Shown here: positions 13,835 to 25,554 of the stretch, piece after piece
Layout: each line of letters starts with the position of its first letter
Position numbering within the stretch: position 1 is the stretch's first letter
Source of the DNA: Chiloscyllium plagiosum
Lineage: Eukaryota
Direction: 5' to 3'
NCBI RefSeq assembly: GCF_004010195.1
Contig: NC_057719.1
Coordinates: 6,358,561-6,422,560 of the forward strand
Length of the DNA stretch: 64,000 bases
Position numbers and translations under genes: made by a program
The notes under the pieces: generated by a model
What the model saw: only the letters and a program-made list of their open reading frames with translations
Databases searched by the model: none
Told to the model about the DNA's origin: nothing

Positions 13835-14720
13835 CAGACAGTCATAGAGCTGTACGGCACAGAAACAGACCCTTCGGTCCAACTCTGCAGAAGTGGTTAC
13901 TGCAGATGCTGGCAATTAGAGTCAAGATTAGAGTGGTGCTGGTAAGGCAGCATCTGAGGAGCAGGTAAAATTAACGTTTCGGGCAAAAGCCCTTCATCAG
14001 CAACTTGTTCTTCTCGGCCCAACTCGTCTAGTGATCCTAAATTAATCTAGTCCCATTTGCCAGTGTTTGGCCCATATCCCTCTTAAACCTTCCTATTCTT
14101 ATACCTACCCAGTTGCCCTTTAAATGTTGTAACTGTCCCAGCCTCCACCATCTTCACTGGCAGCTCATTCCATGCATGTACCACACTCTGCATGAAAAAG
14201 CTGCCCCTTAGGTCCTTTTCAAATCTTTCCCCTCTCGCCTTAAACCTATGCCCTCTAGTTTCGAACTCCCCTCCCTGGGAGGGCAACTTTGGCTATTCAC
14301 CCTATCCATGCCCCTCACGATTTTATAAACCTCTACCATGTCTTCTCTCCAAGATGAACAATCACAATTTCTTCAATCAATCCTAATCACCGAAGTTTCT
14401 CATCCACGGACCCATTCATGTAAATCGCTTCTGCACTCCCTCCAATGCATTTACATCATTCCTATAATGTGGCACCCACAACTGTATACAGACCTCCAGC
14501 TGAGGCCGAACAAGTATTCCGTACCATTCCAAGATCACCTCCCTACTCGTGTAAGCTTTGTCTCTGTTAATAAAGTCAACGACACCGTAAGCTTCATTTA
14601 CTGCTTTCTCCACCAGTCCTGCCACCTTCATCGATCTGTGCACATAAACCCTGGTCCCTCTGCTCCTGCGCCCCCTTGAGAATTCTCCCCCTAATTTATA
14701 CTGTCTTTCCATGTTTTCCT
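13835..14720 (-). mobile_element. Two CR1 LINE fragments
   Basis: ORFs 14083..14286(-) and 14416..14712(-) carry CR1 ORF2 motifs (LVRPQLExCIQxW, WNELP). Confidence 0.85.
13887..14013 (-). repeat. Hammerhead-family A element inserted into a CR1 tail
   Basis: Reverse complement CTGATGA-a-gggc-tttt-gccc-GAAA-cgtt (13973-14000); near-TSD tcggtccaactc / tcggcccaactc. Confidence 0.7.
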
Positions 14721-16370
14721 ACCAAAGACCCTCCAGCACATCCATGTTACTGGTAATTGCCCTCTACACCCTCTCGTGCAATCACATCCTTCCAATAAAT
14801 GTGATAACCAGAACCACACCCAGTACCCTAGCTGTGAATAGCCAGTGTTTTAAACAGTTCTAGCATCAGCTCCTTGCTCTCGTATTCTGTCTCTGCTAAG
14901 AAAGGAGAGTATCCCATGAAGTGTAACATGTGTTATAGGGAATGGGATAACCTAGAACTGTGATTGGTCAGCTTCAACTGTGCCAGCAAATCCACTTCCC
15001 ATGGATCAACTCATTTGTACAGTGCGAGATTGTCGCAATGTTGGCAGGATTTACCAAAATAAAATCCCATTTCATCTAAAAGCATCCTTTTGTAAGTGAC
15101 ACGTAATAATACCTCACATTAAGCCTATGTGAACTGGCCCCTTTTTCGTTTACAGCTTCAGCTGATTTACTATCCTGGCATGCTTCACTATTTATATGTT
15201 TAACTTGTAAACATATCCAACAAAATAACTTTAGCCTGTACATTCTGGTTTGGGATGTGGGGCAAAAGGACAGAAGTGTCTGGTGAATACTGTAAATAGG
15301 AAGAAAAAACTTACACTGCAAGAGTGTCATAATCAGGTAAGAGATTTAAAAACTAAATTGACAAAAGAACCAGGGTTGACACAGGAAACTTCTGTTTTGA
15401 AAACGCAGGAAGCTGTTATGATCTGGAATACTGAAAATGCCGGAAATGCTGGTGGAAAAAAGATCAAATAGAATTCTTCACAAAAAAAACTGGATAAGTA
15501 TTTCAAGGGGTAAAAAAAAAAGGCAGGCTGTGAATTTGATAGAATGTGTATGATGGACAGAACAGGTATAAGACAGTGCATATCAAAGCAATGAGATAAT
15601 TCAATTACACTCCAGTTTACATTAATGGTGGATACTAATACTTATTATTTAAAAATTCACTTCAGTGCAGTTAAGGTAATTCACTGGAAGGCAGTTGAAA
15701 CCAACAGGGATGTAGTTAAATAGTTCAATCAGAGTGCACCCTGAAACATGATGTGAATGCATCTCAAAGGTCACAAGATACCAGGTAAGCAAAACCAGTA
15801 ATGGTGCCGCAGAGTGAAAGAACCATCATCAGGGCCAGCTCGAAAGGTGAAAACAACATCCTGATGTCTCCTGTTTATTTCTCCTTTGAAATAAGTGTCT
15901 GGTCATAGTTTTAAAGCATTTCTGTTCAAATAATGACAACGGGAAATGATTAAAGTTCAGTTGGTTTCATATTCTTTGCACGGTGTCCTGAACATCACAA
16001 ACAAATCTAACACTTCCATCATACATTTTGAGTCAATTTTATGGGACTGCATTTTTAAAAAACAAATCCCTGAAACTGTTTTCTCTCAGGCCCCCTCTCT
16101 CCCGTTGTTATTTAGAATGCTGAAGAATTAAATCGAGCTTTTGCCTGTTTAGCCGAATTTGGATGTTGATGGCCTTTGTCACAATGTGCAGCAACGTGAA
16201 AATATTCAGACTCACACTTTCAGCTTTCTTTCTTGTAACAGCCTCAAGTAGGTGACAGATTTTGTTAAATACCATGAATCGCCTGGGATTTTATTACTGT
16301 TATAATCTTCAATGGTAATAAAATCCACAATGTCTATTCTGAACACTCACTGATAGGCTCAAACACTCAC

Positions 16371-16424
16371 CTTATCATCTTTCTTACCACCTCCAGCTCC
16401 ATGACCACCACTCTGGCTTTGACC
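16371..16424 (-). CDS. PSMC1: PSMC1 coding exon 2 (GQSQSGGHGAGGGKKDDK), 54 nt
   Basis: Reverse complement reads tttcag|GGT CAA AGC...GAT GAT AAG|gtgagt; matches the N-terminus of vertebrate 26S proteasome regulatory subunit 4. Confidence 0.95.
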
Positions 16425-17315
16425 CTGAAACATGAATCATAAAACAAGGCAGATTAGTGGGATGGAGTCTGACTGACCATGATTTAATTTAAGAGGTGGA
16501 GAAGTTCCAGAGCTGAACAGATTACCCCTATTCCTAATCGATTCCTGAAACATGTTATAGCAAATATATGAAATGCAGAAATATTTCTATCTTGAAGTTT
16601 TACGTATAACACTTTGACTGTCACACTTGCTTGAGAATGTCTTGTTGAGAGCAAGAGTGTCTCATGATCAGCCGTGAGAATGGAAGGAACAGCGGATCCT
16701 CTATCCCTAGACGCAGGGGATAGCACATGTTGCAACTGCAATTTAGACTCTCAGTGAAATCAGTCAAGAGTAGAGTGGGGCTGGAAAAGCACAGCANNNN
16801 NNNNNNNNNNNNNNNNNNNNNNNNNNNNNNNNNNNNNNNNNNNNNNNNNNNNNNNNNNNNNNNNNNNNNNNNNNNNNNNNNNNNNNNNNNNNNNNNNNNN
16901 NNNNNNNNNNNNNNNNNNNNNNNNNNNNNNNNNNNNNNNNNNNNNNNNNNNNNNNNNNNNNNNNNNNNNNNNNNNNNNNNNNNNNNNNNNNNNNNNNNNN
17001 NNNNNNNNNNNNNNNNNNNNNNNNNNNNNNNNNNNNNNNNNNNNNNNNNNNNNNNNNNNNNNNNNNNNNNNNNNNNNNNNNNNNNNNNNNNNNNNNNNNN
17101 NNNNNNNNNNNNNNNNNNNNNNNNNNNNNNNNNNNNNNNNNNNNNNNNNNNNNNNNNNNNNNNNNNNNNNNNNNNNNNNNNNNNNNNNNNNNNNNNNNNN
17201 NNNNNNNNNNNNNNNNNNNNNNNNNNNNNNNNNNNNNNNNNNNNNNNNNNNNNNNNNNNNNNNNNNNNNNNNNNNNNNNNNNNNNNNNNNNNNNNNGCAG
17301 ATGCTGGAGATCAAA

Positions 17316-17506
17316 GTTGAAACTTTATTGCTGGAACAGCACAGCAGGTCAGGCAGCATCCAGGGAACAGGAGATTCGACGTTTCGGGCACAGGCCCTTC
17401 TTCAGGAAACTGATTCCTGAAGAAGGGCCTGTGCCCGAAACGTCGAATCTCCTGTTCCCTGGATGCTGCCTGACCTGCTGTGCTGTTCCAGCAATAAAGT
17501 TTCAAC
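17316..17506. repeat. Perfect 93-bp inverted repeat of hammerhead-family A element with 5-nt spacer; one hammerhead per strand
   Basis: 17316-17408 is the reverse complement of 17414-17506; the ORF track gives near-identical peptides on both strands. Confidence 0.9.
17412..17449 (+). ncRNA. Minimal type-I hammerhead ribozyme, intact core
   Basis: gattc-CTGAAGA-a-gggc-ctgt-gccc-GAAA-c-gtc-gaatc: 5-bp helix I, 4-bp helix II, GUC cleavage triplet ending at 17444. Confidence 0.82.
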
Positions 17507-18211
17507 CAAGTTCCTATCCAACTCAGCCTCAACATATTTAAGAACTCAGCTTCCAGTTTTCAACGAAGGAAGTTCCAAAGACATAGGATCCTGTGTGAGA
17601 AAATACATTCGTCATATTTGTTACCTTTTTTAAGGACAAATTCCAGAGATACCAAGATATTGAAGGACGAGTGTGATGATGCTCTGGCTTTAAGAGCTAT
17701 ATTTTGTCCTGGTTTCTTTTAAGAGAGAGATTGAACGAGAGGCGGTGAACTGTCTGTGGTAATGTTAACAGCTTGTGAGGCCTTGGGGTTGTTTTTTAAA
17801 CATTGGAACAACAGAAGCAGCCTGGCTAAGTGTGGCTAGCTCTCACAGACAAGGATTTCTACTTTTAGGTTCAGCAGAGGCTGCTGGAGTCTTGAAGAAG
17901 TGGAAGCTATTTTTCCTCACCCGGTTACAGCTAGAACCTGAGGTTTCTCTTCCTACCATGGGCATTGCATGTAAGAAAATCTGATTTCTGAATTTGCCTT
18001 TTTTGCCAAAGGGTGTGTTTATGGATTGTTACTGTATTGGAGCAGTTACTTAGTTATGATTACTACATCTATTATTCTGTTAGGTTTTCTAATAAACAGA
18101 AATTGCTGGAAAAGTTCGGCAGGTCTGTCAGCATATGTGAAGAGACATCAGAGTGAGTGAGTTGTTCTGAGGAAGAATCACTGGATTTGAAACATTAACT
18201 CTGATAACTCT

Positions 18212-18430
18212 GGGGTGGCAAGGTGGCTCAGTGGTTAGCACTGCTGCCTCAAAACCCCAGGGATTCGCATTCAATTCCAGCTTCCGCTAACTGTGTGGAG
18301 TTTGCACGTTCTCCCCATGTCTGCATAGATTTCCTCGAGGAAAGGTGTGCAGATTAGGTGAATTGGCCATGCTAAATTGCCTATAGTGTTCAGGGATGTT
18401 TAGGCTAGATGCATTAGTCAGGGGTAAATA
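18212..18430 (+). mobile_element. HE1-like SINE
   Basis: ggtggctcagtggttagcactgctgcctc...gtggagtttgcac...attggccatgctaaattgcc. Confidence 0.85.
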
Positions 18431-20954
18431 GAATCATAGAGATGTACAGCATGGAAACAGACCCTTCGGTCCAACCGTCTATGCCGACCAGATATCCCAA
18501 ACCAATCTAGTCCCACCTGCCAGCACCCGGCCCATATCCCTCCAAACCCTTCCTATTCATATACCCATCCAGATGCCTTTTAAATGTTGNNNNNNNNNNN
18601 NNNNNNNNNNNNNNNNNNNNNNNNNNNNNNNNNNNNNNNNNNNNNNNNNNNNNNNNNNNNNNNNNNNNNNNNNNNNNNNNNNNNNNNNNNNNNNNNNNNN
18701 NNNNNNNNNNNNNNNNNNNNNNNNNNNNNNNNNNNNNNNNNNNNNNNNNNNNNNNNNNNNNNNNNNNNNNNNNNNNNNNNNNNNNNNNNNNNNNNNNNNN
18801 NNNNNNNNNNNNNNNNNNNNNNNNNNNNNNNNNNNNNNNNNNNNNNNNNNNNNNNNNNNNNNNNNNNNNNNNNNNNNNNNNNNNNNNNNNNNNNNNNNNN
18901 NNNNNNNNNNNNNNNNNNNNNNNNNNNNNNNNNNNNNNNNNNNNNNNNNNNNNNNNNNNNNNNNNNNNNNNNNNNNNNNNNNNNNNNNNNNNNNNNNNNN
19001 NNNNNNNNNNNNNNNNNNNNNNNNNNNNNNNNNNNNNNNNNNNNNNNNNNNNNNNNNNNNNNNNNNNNNNNNNNNNNNNNNNNNNNNNNNNNNNNNNNNN
19101 NNNNNNNNNNNNNNNNNNNNNNNNNNNNNNNNNNNNNNNNNNNNNNNNNNNNNNNNNNNNNNNNNNNNNNNNNNNNNNNNNNNNNNNNNNNNNNNNNNNN
19201 NNNNNNNNNNNNNNNNNNNNNNNNNNNNNNNNNNNNNNNNNNNNNNNNNNNNNNNNNNNNNNNNNNNNNNNNNNNNNNNNNNNNNNNNNNNNNNNNNNNN
19301 NNNNNNNNNNNNNNNNNNNNNNNNNNNNNNNNNNNNNNNNNNNNNNNNNNNNNNNNNNNNNNNNNNNNNNNNNNNNNNNNNNNNNNNNNNNNNNNNNNNN
19401 NNNNNNNNNNNNNNNNNNNNNNNNNNNCCCTTGGTTCCACTATCCTTGAGAGCTCTATCTAATTCTTTCTTAAATGAATCCAGAGACTGGGCCTTCACTG
19501 CCCTCTGGGGCAGAGCATTCCACACAGCCACCACTCTCTGGGTGAAGAAGTTTCTCCTCATCTCTGTCCTAAATGGTCTACCCCGTATTTCTAAGCTGTA
19601 TCCTCTGGTTCGGCACTCACCCCTCAGCGAAAACATGTTTCCTGCCTCCAGAGTGTCCAATCCTTTAATAATCTTATATGTCTCAATCAGATCCCCTCTC
19701 AGTCTTCTAATCCTAACCCAATCTAGTCCCACCTGCCAGCACCTGGCCCCTATCCCTCCAAATCCTTCCTATTCATAAACACATCCAAATGGCTTTTAAA
19801 TGTTGCAATTGTACCAGCCTCCACCACTTCCTCTGGCAGCTCATTCCCATACACGTATCACCCTCTGCGTGAAAAAGTTGCCCCTTAGGTCTCTTATATA
19901 TCTTTCCCCTCTCACCCTACACCTATGCCGTCTAGGTCTGGACTCCCCGACCCGAGGGAAAAGACTTTGTCTATTTATCCTATCCATGTCCCTCATAATT
20001 TTGTAAACCTCTATAAGGTCACCCCTCAGCCTCCGACGCTCCAGGGAAAACAGCCCCAGCCTGTTCAGTCTCTCCCTGCAGCTCTCAGATCATCTGCAAA
20101 CTTACTAACTGTATCTCTTATGCTCACATCCAAATCATTTATGTAAATGACAAAAAGTAGAGGACCCAGCACCGATCACAGGTGCTCCATTGGTCACAGG
20201 CCTCCAGTCTGAAAAACAACCCTCCACCACCCCCTCTGTCTTCTACCCTTGAGCCAGTTCTATATCCAAATGGCTAGTTCTCCTTTTATTTTGTGAGATC
20301 TAACCTTGCTAATCAGTCTTCCATGGGAAACCTTGTCGAACGCCTTACTGAAGTCCATATAGATCACATCTACTGCTCTGCCCTCATCAATCTTCTTTGT
20401 TACTTCTTCAAAAATCTCAATCAAGTTTGTGAGACATGATTTCCCATGCACAAAGCCATGTTAACTATTCTGAATCAGTCCTTGCCTTTCCAAATACATG
20501 TACATCCTGTCCGTCAGGAGTCCCTCCAACAACCTGCCCACCACCGACGTCAGGCTCACTGGTCTATAGTTCCCTGGCTTGTCCTTACCGCCTTTCTTAA
20601 ACAGTGGCACCACGTTTGCCAACTTCTGGCACCTCACCTGTGACTATCAATGATACAAATATCTCAGCAAGAGGCCCAGCTATCACTTCCCTAGCTTCTC
20701 ACAGAGTTCTCAGGTACACCTTATCAGGTCCTGGAGATTTATCCACCTTTAACCATTTCAAGACATCCAGCACTCCCTCCTCTGTAATCTGGACATTTTT
20801 CAAGATGTCACCATCTATTTCCCTCTATTCTATATCTTCCATACCCTTTTCCACAGTAAATACTGATGCAAAATATTCACTTAGTACCTCTCCCATTTTC
20901 TGTGGCTCCACACAAAGGCCGCCTTGCTGATCTTTGAGGAGCCCTATTCTCTCC

Positions 20955-21038
20955 TGAAGAAGGGCTTATGCCCGAAACATCGATTCTCCTGTTCCTTGGA
21001 TGCTGCCTGACCTGCTGCGCTTATCCAGCAACACATTT
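20955..21038 (+). repeat. Hammerhead-family A element inserted into CR1 ORF2; 17-bp TSD
   Basis: CTGAAGA-a-gggc-ttat-gccc-GAAA-catc-ga; TSD ggagccctattctctcc at 20938-20954 and 21039-21055. Confidence 0.85.
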
Positions 21039-21480
21039 GGAGCCCTATTCTCTCCCTAGTTACCCTTTTGTCCTTAATATATTTGTAAAAACCCTTTGGA
21101 TTCTCCTTAATTCTATTTGCCAATGCTAGCTCATGTCCCCTTTTTGCCCTCCTGATTTCCCTCTTAAGTATACTCCTACTTCCTTTATACTCCTCTAAGG
21201 ATTCACTCGATCTATCTTGTCTATATCTGACATATGCTTCCTTCTTTTTCTTAACCAAACCCTCAATTTCTTTAGTCATCCAGCATTCCCTATACCTACC
21301 TTCTTAACCAAACCCTCCATTTCTTTAGTCATCCAGCATTCCCTATACCTACCAGCCTTCCCTTTCACCCTGACAGGAATATACTTTCTCTGGATTCTTG
21401 TTATCTCATTTCTGAAGGCCTCCCATTTTCCAGCCGTCCCTTTACCTGCGAACAACTGCCTCCAATCAACTTTCAAAAGT

Positions 21481-21778
21481 TAGATTCCTGACAGCCTTTT
21501 GGCCCAACAAGTCCACACCTACCCTCCGAAGAGTAACCCACTCAGACCCATTTCCCTCTGACGAATGTACCTAACACTTTGGACAATTTAGCATGGCCAA
21601 TCCACCTAACCTGCAAATTTTTAGACTGTGGGAGGAAACCGGAGCACCCAGAGGAATCCCACGCAGACACGGGGAGAATGTGCAAACTCCACACAGACAG
21701 TTGCCCGAGGCTGGAATCGAACCCGGGACCCTGGTGCTGTGAGGCAGCAGTGCTAACCACTGATCCACCGTGCCACCC
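21481..21778 (-). mobile_element. HE1-like SINE nested in CR1
   Basis: Full tRNA head (gggtggcacggtggatcagtggttagcactgctgcc) and V core on the minus strand. Confidence 0.9.
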
Positions 21779-23981
21779 TAATACCATCAAAATTAGCCTT
21801 TCTCCAATTTAGAACTTCAAATTTTAGATCTGGTCTATCCTTTCCCATCACTATTTTAAAACGAATAGAATTATGGTCGCTGGCCCCAAAGTGCTCCCCN
21901 NNNNNNNNNNNNNNNNNNNNNNNNNNNNNNNNNNNNNNNNNNNNNNNNNNNNNNNNNNNNNNNNNNNNNNNNNNNNNNNNNNNNNNNNNNNNNNNNNNNN
22001 NNNNNNNNNNNNNNNNNNNNNNNNNNNNNNNNNNNNNNNNNNNNNNNNNNNNNNNNNNNNNNNNNNNNNNNNNNNNNNNNNNNNNNNNNNNNNNNNNNNN
22101 NNNNNNNNNNNNNNNNNNNNNNNNNNNNNNNNNNNNNNNNNNNNNNNNNNNNNNNNNNNNNNNNNNNNNNNNNNNNNNNNNNNNNNNNNNNNNNNNNNNN
22201 NNNNNNNNNNNNNNNNNNNNNNNNNNNNNNNNNNNNNNNNNNNNNNNNNNNNNNNNNNNNNNNNNNNNNNNNNNNNNNNNNNNNNNNNNNNNNNNNNNNN
22301 NNNNNNNNNNNNNNNNNNNNNNNNNNNNNNNNNNNNNNNNNNNNNNNNNNNNNNNNNNNNNNNNNNNNNNNNNNNNNNNNNNNNNNNNNNNNNNNNNNNN
22401 NNNNNNNNNNNNNNNNNNNNNNNNNNNNNNNNNNNNNNNNNNNNNNNNNNNNNNNNNNNNNNNNNNNNNNNNNNNNNNNNNNNNNNNNNNNNNNNNNNNN
22501 NNNNNNNNNNNNNNNNNNNNNNNNNNNNNNNNNNNNNNNNNNNNNNNNNNNNNNNNNNNNNNNNNNNNNNNNNNNNNNNNNNNNNNNNNNNNNNNNNNNN
22601 NNNNNNNNNNNNNNNNNNNNNNNNNNNNNNNNNNNNNNNNNNNNNNNNNNNNNNNNNNNNNNNNNNNNNNNNNNNNNNNNNNNNNNNNNNNNNNNNNNNN
22701 NNNNNNNNNNNNNNNNNNNNNNNNNNNNNNNNNNNNNNNNNNNNNNNNNNNNNNNNNNNNNNNNNNNNNNNNNNNNNNNNNNNNNNNNNNNNNNNNNNNN
22801 NNNNNNNNNNNNNNNNNNNNNNNNNNNNNNNNNNNNNNNNNNNNNNNNNNNNNNNNNNNNNNNNNNNNNNNNNNNNNNNNNNNNNNNTAATCTCCTTTCA
22901 GAATCTCAACCTTTTCCCTTCCAAAGCTGTTGGTTCCAATGTGTACAATGACCTCCTGCTGGCCCCTCTCCCCCGTGAGAACATTCTGCACCCTCTCTGA
23001 GACATCCTTGATCCTGGCACCAGGGAAACAACACACCATTCTGCTTTTTCTCTGCTGGCCACAGAAACGTCTGTCTGTACCTTGGACTACAGAATCCCCT
23101 AACACAATTGATCTCTTGGAAGCCGACGTACCCCTCGTTGCATTAGATTCTGGATTAGTGGTGCTGGAAGAGCACAGCAGTTCAGGCAGCATCCAAGGAG
23201 CTTAGCCAGTCTCAATACCAGACACTTGGCTGTTCGTGCTACGTTCCCTGAGAATCCATCACCTCCTACATTTTCCAAAACAGCATACCTGTTTGAAACG
23301 AGTATATCCACAAAAGACTCCTGTCCTAGGTGCCTACCTCTCTTACCCTTCCTGGAGTTAACCCATCTATGTGACTGTATCTGAGACTTTTCCCCCCTTC
23401 CTATATCTGGCATCCAGCACATACTGTTGCTGTTGCAAATTCCTCATCGCTTCTATCTGTCTCTCCAACCGATCCACTCGATCTGATAAGATTTGCATCC
23501 AACAGCACTTATGGCAGATATAATCTGCAGTAACCCTTAAACTCTCTTTAACCTCTCACATCTGACAAGATGTAGGATAAGGGGAATGGGTCTGAGTAGC
23601 TTACTCTTCGGAGGGTTAGTGTGGACTTGTTGGGCTAAAGGGCTTGTTTCCACACTGTAGGGATTCTATGATTTCTCTTCACAGATGCTGCCAGACTTGC
23701 TGAGCTTTTACAGCAACTTCTGTTTTTGTTTCTGACTTATAGCATCCGCAGTTGTTTCGGTTTTTATTAAGTTAGTTGACGTTCTTCTTTCTTTTGTTGT
23801 ACTTTAACCAGAGTGTTTGTATAAATTGTGTTTTGCTTCTCATCGAGTAGTTTGAGCAGACACATTGCATCTGGAACACACATTTTACATTTGTCTTTAA
23901 ACTAAGAGAAAGTTTGGGTCTAGGCTACCTTTTTAAAATATTTTGGGGCGGTTCTGGTCTGGTCCATAACACTAGAGTATC

Positions 23982-24749
23982 CGTTAGCAAGTTTTCAGGA
24001 GATTTGTAGCTCAGGTTGAGGTTTTGGATGTAGGTTTGCTCACTGAGCTGGAAGGTTCATTTTCAGACGTTTCATCACCCTACTTGGTAACATCTTCAGT
24101 GAGCCTCCGGATGAAGCACTGGTGGTGTAGCCCGCTTTCTATTTATATATTTGAGTTTCCTATGGTTGGTGATATTATTTCCTGAGGTGATGTCATTTCC
24201 TATGGTGATGTCATTTCCTGTTCTTTTTCTCACAGGGTGGTAAATGGGATCCAAGTCATTGTGTTTGTTGATAGAGTTCCAGTTGGAATGCCACGCTTCT
24301 AGGAATTCTTGTGTCTGTCTCTTTTTGGCTTGTCCGAGGATGGATGCATTTTCCCAGTTGAAGTGGTGTCCTACCTCATCCGTATGTGAGGATACTAGTG
24401 GGAGAGGGTCATATCTTTTTGTGGCTAATTGATGTTCATGTATCCTGGTGGCTACTTTTCTGCCTGTTTGTCCAATGTAGTGTTTGTTACAGTTCTTGCA
24501 AGGTATTTTGTAAATGACATTAGTTTTGCTTGTTGTCTGTATCGGGTCTTTCAAATTCATTTTGACATCACCATAGGAAATGATGTCACCACAGGAAATG
24601 ACATCACCATCCCAAGGAAGCCCAAACATATAAATAGAAAGCGGGCTACACCACAGTGCTTCATCCGGAGGTTCACTGATGATGTTACCTAGTATGATGA
24701 CAAAACATCTGAAAACGAACCTTCCAGCTCAGCGAGAACTACATCCAGA
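23982..24749. mobile_element. Penelope-like element with inverted terminal-repeat arrangement; 11-bp TSD
   Basis: GIY-YIG NVIYKIPCKNCNKHYIGQTGRK in ORF 24096..24629(-); terminal repeat in opposite orientation at about 24560-24749; TSD actagagtatc at 23971-23981 and 24750-24760. Confidence 0.88.
24063..24102 (-). ncRNA. Minimal hammerhead ribozyme in PLE terminus
   Basis: Reverse complement tca-CTGAAGA-t-gttacc-aagtag-ggtgat-GAAA-c-gtc-tga. Confidence 0.75.
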
Positions 24750-24902
24750 ACTAGAGTATCTGGTTTAAAATTATAGGTTGAGAGATAAATATCAGCCCGG
24801 TCACTACTTCCTTTGAAGTATTCAGTGATGGTAAGTGATCTTCTCCATTCACCTGAGGCGGGAGGTCAGTTTGATATTTTATCAGAAACACAGTAACTGT
24901 GA

Positions 24903-25220
24903 AAGGGAATTGGTTTAGCTCAGGTGGCTGCATTGTTGGTGTATAGAGCAGTGTGATGCCAACAGTGTGGGTTCAATTCCTATCACCGGTTTGAGGTTAC
25001 CATGAAGGATTCTCCTTCTCAACCTCTTCCCTTGCCTGAGGCCTGGTGGCCCTCAGGTTAAATCACCACCAATTGTTTCCCTCCACCTGATGAAGGAGTG
25101 GTGCTGTGAAAACTAGTGCTTCCAATTAAACTTGTTGGACTATACCCCAGTGTTGTGTGATTTTTAACTTCTCTGTCTAATGAGAGAGCAGCCCCTACGG
25201 TCTGGTAAGACTATGGCGGC
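24903..25220 (+). mobile_element. Second tRNA-like SINE family with a family B hammerhead fragment nested at about 25084-25170
   Basis: tagctcag...gggttcaattcc A/B-box-like head; second copy at about 56745-56940. Confidence 0.55.
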
Positions 25221-25554
25221 AACAACAACTGTAAAAGCAGAACAGTACAGATTGTTGGTCTGGCATGTGTGCTTTTGTCTCTCTTGAATCTATAGTATTT
25301 TTGAGTGGAATGTCACATAAAGAATTAGCAACAACAAATAGGTAAAAAGATTAATGCTTGCTTTTCTGATTTACCGGAAGCTGGGACTTTGTTTTCTTGA
25401 TATCCTGAGATGGCATTACCCAGCAACTAAATATTGATAAGGTACAAAATAAGAAAAAGCTCCAAACAGTTTGCTATGTCCACAAGATACCATCAGAGGG
25501 CGCAAGAAATCCATTCACCAACCTTCATGAACAGAGCACAGGCTTTGTGGAGAC

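Larger units (their letters stand above)
18432..23570 (-). mobile_element. Long CR1 LINE tract (probably more than one copy) with gaps: 3' tail, RT, endonuclease/linker and ORF1 esterase
   Basis: KSCLTNLIE...DVIYMDFSKAFDKV (RT); IVLGDSVVQG...CFPGARIKDV...VIVHIGTN (SGNH/GDSL esterase of CR1 ORF1) at about 22890-23130. Confidence 0.88.
17672..23971 (+). mobile_element. Solo LTR (TG...CA) split by nested insertions; LTR parts about 17672-18093 and 23765-23971
   Basis: Both parts align by eye to the uninterrupted copy at 29884-30516 (start tgtga, end ggtct(g/a)gtccataaca). Confidence 0.65.

Noticed and set aside
12623..16370. Intronic snoRNA in PSMC1
   Set aside because: No convincing C/D or H/ACA box pair with a terminal stem found on the sense strand
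16476..16480. ATG|GTCAGT on the minus strand as possible PSMC1 exon 1
   Set aside because: The intron would be only 53 nt and there is no promoter-like or CpG-rich context
17316..17506. Classical DNA-transposon MITE or pre-miRNA
   Set aside because: Family TSDs vary in length (6-17 bp), many copies are single-armed and truncated, and the centre is a hammerhead core
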